The notes: generated by a model from the letters alone, not told the origin. Numbered from the stretch's first letter, positions 19,042 to 27,669 are shown. The stretch: 64,000 nt of DNA from Campylobacter concisus (GCA_963549665.1 CAUUZE010000001.1:2196-66195); one strand, 5' to 3'. Program-made: numbers and translations.

Positions 19042-19287
19042 CTAAGCTCTCTTTTTGGCTACATACTCTAAGCAAGAGCACAAATCTCCGCTAAATTTTT
19101 CACCATTATCAAAGAAAAAATCATGCTCGCTTCCATCATCTATTGCAGTCTTTACATACTCTATAAAGCTAGCAAGATCGCCTACGCATGAACATACATC
19201 AGCACTTTTATCCTTTAGGCTTTTATCGCTTGTTATAATAAGTTCTATGCCACTATCAAAAACAAAATATTTCATATCTGCCACCAT
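19042..19287 (-). CDS. Small acidic hypothetical protein
   Basis: Overlaps end of MuF-like gene. Confidence 0.6.
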   Translation of the reverse strand: MVADMKYFVFDSGIELIITSDKSLKDKSADVCSCVGDLASFIEYVKTAIDDGSEHDFFFDNGEKFSGDLCSCLEYVAKKRA

Positions 19288-20489
19288 CTCTTTATGACTT
19301 CGATTTTATCCTTTTTGGCATAATTTTCAAAGTATTTTTTTAATGCTTGATTGTCTTTTGTAGGAAATATAGTGTCTATTTTATCACCATCAAAAATTAT
19401 AATATAGCCATTTTGCGTTTTTGCTATTGATTTTTGCTCAACATTTGCATGTGGAGCTATATGTGTGATAGAGTTAAGCGCTGAAACTATCTTTGCTGCT
19501 GATGTGCGTTGCAACAAATTTGCACTATGCTTTTTGTCATTTGCATTTGCAAAAGTTAGCACCCTCTCCACGCCCATTTTATCTATGTGTCTTATGATCT
19601 CGTCTTTGCCCGGTGCTTCGCTGGCTCTCATTGTCACGCCATCATTTTCATATTCATCAACCCATGCTGGCATGATCTCAGTCCTACACCTAAAATGATA
19701 TGGTGGCATGCCAAAGTTACTATCCATCTTATCGCTTCTACCATTGTATGGTGCTTTTGCCCATGTAGCTGCTGCCTTTTTGCTGGCCATATCCTTTGCA
19801 TTCATGATATTATCACACTGTCTTTCTATGTGCTCTGCTGGTATGAGCCTACCATTCATCGATCTACATATAGCGCTTGTTCTACTATCCATCACAGCTA
19901 CTACTTTATAGTATTTTACGCCGTATTTCCTAGCCTGATTTACTGTTGATATGTTTTGATTTTGGCTGATGATATGATCACTCACTCCTTCAAAGTATCT
20001 CACGCTTTGCTTTAGCTCACTTGCAAATTCGTCTTTTAGTCTCCCTGCTAGTTCGCTTCTTGCCACCTCGCCACGAAAAGCACTCTCAATGATATCTTTT
20101 AGCCTATCGCTAAAGCCTTTGTTAAACTCTTTGCCAACCCAATAGAAGTTATTTCTCATAGCGTTTATAGCCCTTATGTCTATCTCATCAAAGACTATAT
20201 TTACGGCTATATTTTTACCTGCAAGCACGGCGTAAATTTCTTCAAGATTATTTGGATTTATACTTAGTCCCATTGATGAAATTTTAGAATTTACAAGCTC
20301 TTTTAACACCTTTTTATCAATGTTGTAATTCTCATTTATAAATATAAGTAAATTTGCAAGCTGTGCCTCTAGCTCCTTTTTAGCTAGCTTCACATTTTGT
20401 TTTATAAACTCATCTACTAGCTCGCTAACGCTTTTGTTTTTGTCAAATTTAGCCTTTAAAAGTGTGCTTAGAAGTAGCTCGTTATTCAT
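19272..20489 (-). CDS. Minor head morphogenesis protein (MuF/SPP1 gp7) with C-terminal extension
   Basis: DSRTSAICRSMNG and PPYHFRCRT motifs. Confidence 0.88.
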   Translation of the reverse strand: MNNELLLSTLLKAKFDKNKSVSELVDEFIKQNVKLAKKELEAQLANLLIFINENYNIDKKVLKELVNSKISSMGLSINPNNLEEIYAVLAGKNIAVNIVFDEIDIRAINAMRNNFYWVGKEFNKGFSDRLKDIIESAFRGEVARSELAGRLKDEFASELKQSVRYFEGVSDHIISQNQNISTVNQARKYGVKYYKVVAVMDSRTSAICRSMNGRLIPAEHIERQCDNIMNAKDMASKKAAATWAKAPYNGRSDKMDSNFGMPPYHFRCRTEIMPAWVDEYENDGVTMRASEAPGKDEIIRHIDKMGVERVLTFANANDKKHSANLLQRTSAAKIVSALNSITHIAPHANVEQKSIAKTQNGYIIIFDGDKIDTIFPTKDNQALKKYFENYAKKDKIEVIKRWWQI

Positions 20490-20682
20490 TTTTTATACCC
20501 TTAAGATCGCCAAGCTCTTTAGTAGCCTTAGCATACTCTTGCCAGTACGGATCACAAAAAAGTGCTTCGATACTCACAAAGCTTCTTTTACACTTATCAC
20601 AAACCCTATAACGCTTGTTTTGCAAGCCTTTCATAGTATTTAAAACCTTTGTCTTTTCAAAACCACAGTAAGGACAAAACAT
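20482..20682 (-). CDS. Zinc-ribbon protein, possible late activator (Ogr/Delta or NrdR-N-like)
   Basis: CPYCG..KTKV..T...RYRVCDKC..SF. Confidence 0.7.
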   Translation of the reverse strand: MFCPYCGFEKTKVLNTMKGLQNKRYRVCDKCKRSFVSIEALFCDPYWQEYAKATKELGDLKGIKNE

Positions 20683-20713
20683 AAAAATCCTTTTTATATA
20701 TTTTTAAAAAATA

Positions 20714-21157
20714 TTAGCTTTTTTTGGGATTTTTTTCACATTTTATAACGGCACTTAGCCCAGTAATGATCTTTGTAGCTTGTTTTGAGTTTAGTAAGGC
20801 TATGTTTGTCACAAGTGCTCCGATCTGGCGGTAGTAAAATCTCCTAGCACTATTTTCATCCCAGCCAAGAACATCTAGCAAAACCTCTATCTTTTTAAGC
20901 TGTTTTTGTGTGATAGCGTCTTTTTTGAAAATGCGCCTACCTTTAATGTCTGGCTCAAAGCCTAGCCTATCATCTACCCTCTCTTGTAATATATCAAGAG
21001 CCAAATTTAGCTCGCTTATGCTAAGTTCCTTGCTGCTCTCTACACCAAAGCGAAGCATTAGCCATTCTTGCCAAGCTCCATTTTCTACGATCTGCTTGTA
21101 AAGTGGGTTTATATGGATGAGTGTTAAAAGTCTCTTTCTATACTCGCTTTGGTTCAT
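20714..21157 (-). CDS. GemA/Mu gp16-like regulatory protein
   Basis: FGVESSKELSISEL, QLKKI, QATKIITGL. Confidence 0.75.
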   Translation of the reverse strand: MNQSEYRKRLLTLIHINPLYKQIVENGAWQEWLMLRFGVESSKELSISELNLALDILQERVDDRLGFEPDIKGRRIFKKDAITQKQLKKIEVLLDVLGWDENSARRFYYRQIGALVTNIALLNSKQATKIITGLSAVIKCEKNPKKS

Positions 21158-21360
21158 ATTAGCCCCCTTATATCAAGCTCACGTCTTGCAAATTTTTCGC
21201 TCACTCCAGCACATCTTGCAAGCTTAGCTACATTTAGTCTGCCATTTTTAAATTTATAAAAATCCTCATCGTAACCAAGTGCATTTTTCAGCCTAAAAAG
21301 TGCATTTTCATGTCTTTTAATGGCTAAATTTCTTAGGTGTTCTCTTTGCTTAGCGCTCAT
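21154..21360 (-). CDS. Hypothetical HTH-like protein
   Basis: NVAKLARCAGVSEKFAR. Confidence 0.65.
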   Translation of the reverse strand: MSAKQREHLRNLAIKRHENALFRLKNALGYDEDFYKFKNGRLNVAKLARCAGVSEKFARRELDIRGLI

Positions 21361-21682
21361 CTCTTGCCTTTAATGTTTCTCTTAACTGATCAAAGAGATT
21401 TGCTAGATCTTTATCCATCTGCTTTTTAGGCTCTTTTTGTACTAGCTTAGCGATTACATCGGTGAAGTAAATTCCATTTTGTTTTATCTCTTTGGCGTGG
21501 ATCTTCCAAAAATCACGTAAATTTGCCTTTATAGGCTCTAAATTGTTGTTAAAATACGCCTGATCATTTGGTGAAACAAAGTAAAAAACTAAAGTTTGAT
21601 ACTCTATGCTTGCCCCTTTCAGTGAGTATTTTAGGCAGCTATCTTTTAATGCATGTTCACTCATCTCTTTTAAAAGTTTCAT
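21350..21682 (-). CDS. Hypothetical phage protein
   Basis: ORF with RBS in early operon. Confidence 0.65.
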   Translation of the reverse strand: MKLLKEMSEHALKDSCLKYSLKGASIEYQTLVFYFVSPNDQAYFNNNLEPIKANLRDFWKIHAKEIKQNGIYFTDVIAKLVQKEPKKQMDKDLANLFDQLRETLKARDER

Positions 21683-21700
21683 TTAATATCCCTTTATATT

Positions 21701-21928
21701 TTAGGCTCTCTCGTTTAGCCCAAAGCCTTTTAAAATTTGCAAAGCTAGTAGCTCTTTGCCTGCAAATTTCTCTTTTAGCTCTGGCCCAAGCATGCTAAGC
21801 CAATACGCATCGAGCTTTTGGTTAAACTCGGCTATCACTTCATCTCTAGGACGCAAGCACTTAAATTCTTTTATCTGTGCCTCTTTGTTAGCTGCGTGAA
21901 AATTAGCTATTGCTTCTTCAAAAGTCAA
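21701..21928 (-). CDS. Hypothetical phage protein (TTG start)
   Basis: AAAGGA upstream of TTG. Confidence 0.6.
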   Translation of the reverse strand: MTFEEAIANFHAANKEAQIKEFKCLRPRDEVIAEFNQKLDAYWLSMLGPELKEKFAGKELLALQILKGFGLNERA

Positions 21929-21942
21929 AATAGTTCCTTTGT

Positions 21943-22006
21943 TTTTAAACCTTTTAAAGAGCGTTAAAGTGGTTTAAAACGCTCTTTAAAGGGCTTAAAG
22001 CCCTTT
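21943..22006. repeat. Hairpin repeat element, copy A
   Basis: TTTTAAACCTTTTAAA, self-complementary 26-nt core, TTTAAAGGGCTTAAAGCCCTTT. Confidence 0.85.
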
Positions 22007-22249
22007 TGCCCTCTCTTTAAATTTCTTCAACTCTTCATAGTCAAATTTACAAACTGCTAGGACTATCATGACATATAGACATAAGGCCATCATCATGTAA
22101 GGAACTAGCATTACAGTTATCGCTGCTGTAACTATTTTTTTAGAATCTCTTTTCCGTTCCGATTTAGGAATTACTATCCTGGTAGCAATGAGAGTTACGA
22201 TAAAAGCATAAACGTTTAAAATTAGCCCCCACGTCAAAAAACCTAGCAT
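21995..22249 (-). CDS. Accessory two-TM membrane protein
   Basis: Start MLGFLTWG after AAGGAG; two hydrophobic segments. Confidence 0.7.
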   Translation of the reverse strand: MLGFLTWGLILNVYAFIVTLIATRIVIPKSERKRDSKKIVTAAITVMLVPYMMMALCLYVMIVLAVCKFDYEELKKFKERAKGL

Positions 22250-22611
22250 GATCTCTCCTTTATAAATTTTTTCATACACTCGTACGGATTTTGTCCGCGC
22301 TTGGCTATCTCGTCGAAAATATATCTTATGTGAGTGGTGATTGTGTAAAAGCCTATATGGCAGAAGAATCCCTCACGTCCTGCATTGATAGCGACTACGG
22401 CCATAGCGCAAAGTGAGTCGATATAATACTTGGGTGGATATTGCTGCAAGCTCGTCTCTTGCGTATATTTGCAAAACGCCGCTTGGTATTCCAAAAACGT
22501 ACTATTAAATCGCTCGCTAAACTCCTCTTTGCACTTCTTTATAGTTGTGGCTTTTTGTTTCCTGTAGAGCTTTAGTAGCTCTTTGATCTCATCAAACTGT
22601 TCGTTCGTCAT
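22243..22611 (-). CDS. Accessory hypothetical protein
   Basis: Start MTNEQF after AAGGAG. Confidence 0.7.
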   Translation of the reverse strand: MTNEQFDEIKELLKLYRKQKATTIKKCKEEFSERFNSTFLEYQAAFCKYTQETSLQQYPPKYYIDSLCAMAVVAINAGREGFFCHIGFYTITTHIRYIFDEIAKRGQNPYECMKKFIKERSC

Positions 22612-22628
22612 GCTTGCTCCTTTCAAAA

Positions 22629-22693
22629 TTTTAAACCTTTTAAAATACGTTTAATTCAGCATTAAACGTATTTTAAAGGGCTTAAAGCCCTTT
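22629..22693. repeat. Hairpin repeat element, copy B
   Basis: Same outer arms as copy A, different but self-complementary 27-nt core. Confidence 0.85.
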
Positions 22694-22810
22694 AACACAA
22701 ATTTTTAATTTTTCTCGTCTTACAAACCTAGGCAAAAGCCTATTTTTGCTATCTTTTAACTTTTTATATTTACTCCAATAGATTTGAAAATCACTCTTTA
22801 TCTCGTTCAT
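22682..22810 (-). CDS. Small basic protein, 42 aa, not in ORF track
   Basis: MNEIKSDFQIYWSKYKKLKDSKNRLLPRFVRREKLKICVKGL; ATGA overlap with gam stop. Confidence 0.55.
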   Translation of the reverse strand: MNEIKSDFQIYWSKYKKLKDSKNRLLPRFVRREKLKICVKGL

Positions 22811-23295
22811 TTTCCTATCTCCAGGCTCTCTATCTTAGGCACTATCCTAAAATTATCTTTTACTACTCTCTTAAGACCAAGTTTTACTAGATCCTCATCT
22901 TTTAACTCTGCTAAAGCCTCTTTGTTTGGTGTCTCCGTATAGCTTATGCACTCTTTGGCCAACCCAAACGCTTTTATTGAGCTAATTAACGCCTCAAGCT
23001 TTGTTTTTATTCGTGGCAAGCTTACACTCTTACTTATGCGATAGCCGATCTCGCCGAAGGTAAATTCCTTCGAGCGTTTTTCGGCAAATTCAGCCTTATT
23101 GTCCTCACAAAATAGTGTGATTTGCTGCTCGATGTAGCTCTTTTCGCTTTCCAATCTTTCAACTTCGCTTTTTCTAGCTTCTTTTATACGGTTGCACTCA
23201 AGCGTTACTTCACCGTTAATTTTTTCTATACCTACGCTTACTTCGCATAATCTTTTTAAAGCGACGTCTACGTCGCTAAAACTACTTATTTGCAT
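22807..23295 (-). CDS. gam: Host-nuclease inhibitor Gam (Mu type)
   Basis: KRSKEFTFGEIGYR, ETPNKEAL; position after MuB. Confidence 0.9.
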   Translation of the reverse strand: MQISSFSDVDVALKRLCEVSVGIEKINGEVTLECNRIKEARKSEVERLESEKSYIEQQITLFCEDNKAEFAEKRSKEFTFGEIGYRISKSVSLPRIKTKLEALISSIKAFGLAKECISYTETPNKEALAELKDEDLVKLGLKRVVKDNFRIVPKIESLEIGK

Positions 23296-23306
23296 ATTAT
23301 TCTCCT

Positions 23307-23786
23307 TTAAATTTCTAGCTCACTTATGCCAAGCTCTCTTGCATATTCTCTTTCTATATCCATGCCTTTTGAAAACTCACTAGCTGGATGCTTTGAAAAA
23401 TATACATAAGAGCAGTGGCTAAGCATTTCAAGTCCAGCCTTTAGCACCTCGTCTCTTTGCTCCTCGCTAAACACACCACTAAATGCAAGCACAGGGCTAA
23501 GCGGTATATATCCAGCTTCTTTTACCTTTCTGCACTCTTCTTTAGCGACCATGCAAGCCATAAAGTCAGCATTTACCTTACCGCTTTTAAAGGCAGCATA
23601 AGGGCTAGCAACATATACAAGTCTCATTGTCTCTTTCAAGCTCTTCTCCTTTCTTTTTGCCTGCTTGTCTGGCTTTGCATAGCTTCGTTGTGATCTCGCT
23701 TGCTGCACTGCGTCGGACAAAACGTCCGTCTCATTTGCAAACCAATAAGGGCTAGCAACATATGCAAGTCTCATTGTCTCTTTCAT
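23307..23786 (-). CDS. Nucleoside deoxyribosyltransferase-like fold protein with duplicated N-terminus
   Basis: YVASPY, GYIPLSP, SKGMDIEREYA; KETMRLxYVASPY occurs twice. Confidence 0.7.
   Translation of the reverse strand: MKETMRLAYVASPYWFANETDVLSDAVQQARSQRSYAKPDKQAKRKEKSLKETMRLVYVASPYAAFKSGKVNADFMACMVAKEECRKVKEAGYIPLSPVLAFSGVFSEEQRDEVLKAGLEMLSHCSYVYFSKHPASEFSKGMDIEREYARELGISELEI
23598..23785. repeat. 41-bp direct repeat with one mismatch
   Basis: Copies at 23598-23638 and 23745-23785. Confidence 0.85.
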
Positions 23787-23843
23787 CTATCTCCTTTGTA
23801 AAATTTTGACTTAAAAAAGCCCTCTATTAAGGGCTTTGTAAAA

Positions 23844-23951
23844 TCAAATACTTAAAGTATCAACTACAAAATCGCTATCTTTCACATAGATATATAAGCC
23901 TCTTACTTCGTAAAATTTCTTTGAGTAAGATGCAAACATTCCCTTTATCAT
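23844..23951 (-). CDS. Small protein, 35 aa, not in ORF track
   Basis: TAAGGAG RBS; MIKGMFASYSKKFYEVRGLYIYVKDSDFVVDTLSI. Confidence 0.5.
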   Translation of the reverse strand: MIKGMFASYSKKFYEVRGLYIYVKDSDFVVDTLSI

Positions 23952-23961
23952 GGCTCTCTCC

Positions 23962-24159
23962 TTATGCTTTTATGCCTTGATATATCTCATCGCTATCGCT
24001 TTTTGCCTTATGCTCTTCAAGCAAAGCCATAAGCTCTCTTATCTCTTGCCATTTTTTAAAATTTCTTGGGTGAGATAGCTTTAAAAGTGCCCCTTTTTCT
24101 ATTCTACGCACTTGCTCTACGCTTAGATTTAGCACCAAAGCTATCTCTTTTAGTGTCAT
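23962..24159 (-). CDS. Sigma70 region-4-like HTH protein
   Basis: MTLKEIALVLNLSVEQVRRIEKGALLKLSHP. Confidence 0.8.
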   Translation of the reverse strand: MTLKEIALVLNLSVEQVRRIEKGALLKLSHPRNFKKWQEIRELMALLEEHKAKSDSDEIYQGIKA

Positions 24160-24163
24160 TTTT

Positions 24164-25033
24164 CTATCCCAAGATAACCATATCAAGTGCCCTAGCAACG
24201 ACACTCTCATCAACAAGGCATCCATTTAGCTCAGCTAGCCTCAAAGCCTTTTTATATAGCTTTGCACTGCTTCTAAAGTTACCTTTGCAGTAGGGAAATA
24301 TCTCTTTTATATAGATCTTTTCACTCTCATCTTTACTAAGTCCTTGCATGCACCATTTGCCACAAATTCGGCTAAAAAGCTGCCTTAGCTCCTTGTTTTT
24401 ACCCATTAGATTTTTTAGTAGTATCTCTGTGCCGCAAAGTATCAGCGGAGTGCGTGAGAAGTCATAAATTCTTCTTAGATCTTCAAGAGCCTTTAGAGGT
24501 AGATGCTCCGCCTCATCTACCATTATCACCTTATCGCTACTCTTTAAAAACCTAGCCACCGCCTTTAGCTTTGTGCTTAGCCCACCAGTAGCATCTATCT
24601 TTAAAGCCTCGCATAGATCTTCAAGCAAAACCTTAGCGCTCGTGTGACAAGTTGCCTCTATCAAAACCACATTTGGATTAGTCCTAGCAAACTCTTTTAG
24701 AGCTGTTGTCTTGCCACTTCCAGCAAAGCCATATATTAGCCCTATTTCTTTTTCAGCTATCGCCTCACTTATGATGAAATTTGCCATCTTTACATCGCTA
24801 GTTACGTAAAACTCATTTTCTTTTGCGTTTGCGTGAAAATTCTTAGCTTTTTTGTTAAAATTATCGATGTAAGCATTGATTTTTGCATTTACTGCATCGC
24901 TATCGCCCTTATAACTTCCGGCACGAAGTTGGCTTATTAGCGATGCGCTCACTCCTATTGCACGTGCAAGTGCTGATGCGGTTATGTTGTTACTAGATAA
25001 AAATTCATCTAGCTTTTTTATATTTTCACTCAT
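24164..25033 (-). CDS. MuB-like transposition AAA+ ATPase
   Basis: N-terminal HTH, GFAGSGKT, IMVDEAEHL, QLFSRI. Confidence 0.93.
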   Translation of the reverse strand: MSENIKKLDEFLSSNNITASALARAIGVSASLISQLRAGSYKGDSDAVNAKINAYIDNFNKKAKNFHANAKENEFYVTSDVKMANFIISEAIAEKEIGLIYGFAGSGKTTALKEFARTNPNVVLIEATCHTSAKVLLEDLCEALKIDATGGLSTKLKAVARFLKSSDKVIMVDEAEHLPLKALEDLRRIYDFSRTPLILCGTEILLKNLMGKNKELRQLFSRICGKWCMQGLSKDESEKIYIKEIFPYCKGNFRSSAKLYKKALRLAELNGCLVDESVVARALDMVILG

Positions 25034-25044
25034 TACTACTCCTT

Positions 25045-27498
25045 TTAGTTAGTTTCATTGACTATTTCTTGCCAACTTTTTATCTTTTTCTCTTTTTTTA
25101 CATCACTGCCGGCCACAGCCAAAAGATCATCATCAAAAGCTCTATTTTTAGTCAGTGATCGGCTGCTTTTTTGAGCTGCTTCGATCTCTTTGCCCTCATT
25201 ATTTACGCCCTTTAGCTCAGGCTTTAGCGCTCTTTTGGCTTCAAGGCCCATGACCATTTGTTTAAACTCTTCTTGGCTCTTATCTCTTGCCTCGCTAGCA
25301 TCAGCTTTTATATCACGCAAGCGTTTGCTAAAGAGCTTTCTAGCTGCTTTTGCTTCCTCAACACTTACGCCCTCATTCATATCAAGAACATTTGCCACGC
25401 CTATAAATTTCTTGTCATCTTCATCCCAGACAAAGCACTCATTTATATTGTCTATGTTTTCTCGGATGGTGACTCGCTCATACCCAAACATCTGAGCGTT
25501 ATAAAAATTCACACCACCTACGCTTACACCCTTTTTATTCACATGCTTTAGCTCCTTTTTACTAAGTCTTGCACTAAGACTTATTGCGTCCATAGCCACA
25601 GCATCGTTTATCTTTTCGTTGTATGCTTCGTTGCATGTTTTATTAAGGCGCTCTAGGTAGCGTGCGTTTAAGAAATTTTCAGCGTAAAGATCCATAAGCT
25701 CTTGCACTTCGCTTAGCTCTTTTAGCTTTGCTATATTAGTTTTTACGCCCTTTTTAAGGCGTCTCTCTTTTTTGGAGTAGAAAAACTCTATCGCTTGTCT
25801 TTCAGTTATGTTATGTCCGATATATCCGGCTAAATTTTCACTAAAGCTATGTTGAAGCGCTCTAAAATTTCTTTCTACATAAGGTTTTAACCAACCACTA
25901 TATGCTCTAACGGCCTCATAGCGTATCTCAAGCGAACCAAGAACCGAGCTCATATACTCGCTCTTAAAGGCCTTACCATTATCGCCCTTTATAGTTTTTG
26001 GCTTGCCATACCTTATTATGTATTTAGCCACAGCTCTTGCTATTGCTAGGCTATTTTCGCTATCGCTTATATGAAAGCTTGCCACCCCTGAGTAGGTATC
26101 GATTAGTGCTATGATCGTGTAGCGTTTTTGCCACTGCCTTACGTAGCTCTCAAACTCCTCTTTGCTTGAAAAGATATTATTTACAGCCTCATATCCTATG
26201 CTCTTGCATATATCACTGGCATTACATATCATGTCAAGTGGGCTAGCATCTATTTCAACGACTTCATTTATCGTTCTTACTGCCCAGTTGCTCACTCCAA
26301 GTGCTGGCATTTGTCTGCCTATAACGCCATCTTCGCCGTAAAGTATGAGATTTTTAAGAAGTTTGTTTTTCTTTAGGTAGTTATTTACATACCTATTTAC
26401 CACCTCATAGCTCACACACTCATCTTTTTTGGCTAAAAACTCATCAAAACTTAGCTCACCGATCTGTGAAGTTGTATAGTAGTAGTTAAGCACCTTATAG
26501 ATGTTTGTTATATTTATCCTACCTTTGCCTACATTTGATTTTATTAGCTCGTCGCACTTGTCACTAAGCCCAAGCTCTTCTATTTTTAAGCTCTTATTAT
26601 TACTCCTACTATCCACAAGTGCATCTAGACCACCCATTTTAAATTTTCTTTGCCAGTCATAGAGCTTATTTGAGCTTACTTTTATAGTGTATTTATTGCT
26701 TGTGTTTAAATACTCTATAAAACTACTCTCATCTATCTTCCCTTTTGCCTTATCCCACTCCAAAACTATTGCACGCTTACATAGTGCATCAGCTCTTTTT
26801 CCCTCACTACAAGTTGCTATTAGCGGCAAATTTGCAAAAGAGTTGCCGCTATTATTAGCGCTGCTACCATACATGGTGCCAGTAGCAGCGCAGCCATTGC
26901 CATTATCTATATTCTCTAGCTTATCATTACTACAAGATATAGCAAGTACATAGCCATTACTATCATTGCCACATTGTTCATCTCTTTTTACCTCCTCTTG
27001 TATCCATATATTCCGTGTTTTGTTACTCTTATCACAAAGCCCATCTCTTGCATCTTCATTACAAATTCTTCTAATGCCCTCTTTGCTTTTATCTCTTGCA
27101 TCTTCGCTCTCTCCTGCCTCTTTTGCTCCATTGCTTGCTCTTCTATCGCCGTTTGCATTAGCTCCATCTCTTCCGCCCAGCTCATCTGCTCCCTCATCAT
27201 CCGCACCAGCCCCTTTGCCTGACTTCGCTCCGCTTGCTGCATTGTAAGGCACGTCATAGCTCTCTCCTTTTCTTGTTTTACTGATCCTCTCTACGATCTC
27301 TGGGTAAAATCTCTCGTCTATCCAAATTTGTAGGGTTCTGCCGCCACGACCAATGCCGTCTATATAAATGAAGTTTAATATATTAGACTTTATAGAGCAA
27401 ATTTTTTTGCCCTGTTGGCTAGCTTTTAATACTGACTTCTGAATAGCCCTATCAGAAACGCCAAAAAATTCAGCTGCAACCCTTGAATTTACCCACAT
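25045..27498 (-). CDS. MuA-like DDE transposase with long N-terminal linker
   Basis: GIGRGGR N-domain, EIDASPLD, DNGKAF, KPYVER motifs. Confidence 0.93.
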   Translation of the reverse strand: MWVNSRVAAEFFGVSDRAIQKSVLKASQQGKKICSIKSNILNFIYIDGIGRGGRTLQIWIDERFYPEIVERISKTRKGESYDVPYNAASGAKSGKGAGADDEGADELGGRDGANANGDRRASNGAKEAGESEDARDKSKEGIRRICNEDARDGLCDKSNKTRNIWIQEEVKRDEQCGNDSNGYVLAISCSNDKLENIDNGNGCAATGTMYGSSANNSGNSFANLPLIATCSEGKRADALCKRAIVLEWDKAKGKIDESSFIEYLNTSNKYTIKVSSNKLYDWQRKFKMGGLDALVDSRSNNKSLKIEELGLSDKCDELIKSNVGKGRINITNIYKVLNYYYTTSQIGELSFDEFLAKKDECVSYEVVNRYVNNYLKKNKLLKNLILYGEDGVIGRQMPALGVSNWAVRTINEVVEIDASPLDMICNASDICKSIGYEAVNNIFSSKEEFESYVRQWQKRYTIIALIDTYSGVASFHISDSENSLAIARAVAKYIIRYGKPKTIKGDNGKAFKSEYMSSVLGSLEIRYEAVRAYSGWLKPYVERNFRALQHSFSENLAGYIGHNITERQAIEFFYSKKERRLKKGVKTNIAKLKELSEVQELMDLYAENFLNARYLERLNKTCNEAYNEKINDAVAMDAISLSARLSKKELKHVNKKGVSVGGVNFYNAQMFGYERVTIRENIDNINECFVWDEDDKKFIGVANVLDMNEGVSVEEAKAARKLFSKRLRDIKADASEARDKSQEEFKQMVMGLEAKRALKPELKGVNNEGKEIEAAQKSSRSLTKNRAFDDDLLAVAGSDVKKEKKIKSWQEIVNETN
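26988..27257 (-). CDS. Nested alternate-frame ORF inside the transposase (89 aa, helical)
   Basis: AAAGGAGAGAGCT-ATG RBS; protein-like sequence, while the transposase frame is low complexity here. Confidence 0.6.
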   Translation of the reverse strand: MTCLTMQQAERSQAKGLVRMMREQMSWAEEMELMQTAIEEQAMEQKRQERAKMQEIKAKRALEEFVMKMQEMGFVIRVTKHGIYGYKRR

Positions 27499-27669
27499 TT
27501 AGGCTACCTTTATTCCATCTTTCTCTAGTATTTTTCTAGCTCTTTGGCTCACAAAACCTTTATAAAGGCTACTAAGACTAAGTCCTCTCATCTCGCAATA
27601 GTCCTTGAGGTCATACTTTAGCTTCTGCTTTACCTCTCTTGTCACTTGCTTGACCCTATATGCTCTCAT
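27499..27669 (-). CDS. Ner/Cro-like small DNA-binding protein, 56 aa, not in ORF track
   Basis: MRAYRVKQVTREVKQKLKYDLKDYCEMRGLSLSSLYKGFVSQRARKILEKDGIKVA; AAGGAG; divergent from repressor, abuts transposase ATG. Confidence 0.7.
   Translation of the reverse strand: MRAYRVKQVTREVKQKLKYDLKDYCEMRGLSLSSLYKGFVSQRARKILEKDGIKVA

Noticed and set aside
26966..27247. Plus-strand ORFs over the transposase linker
   Set aside because: Ser/Leu/Pro-rich antisense mirror with no RBS, unlike the same-strand nested ORFs
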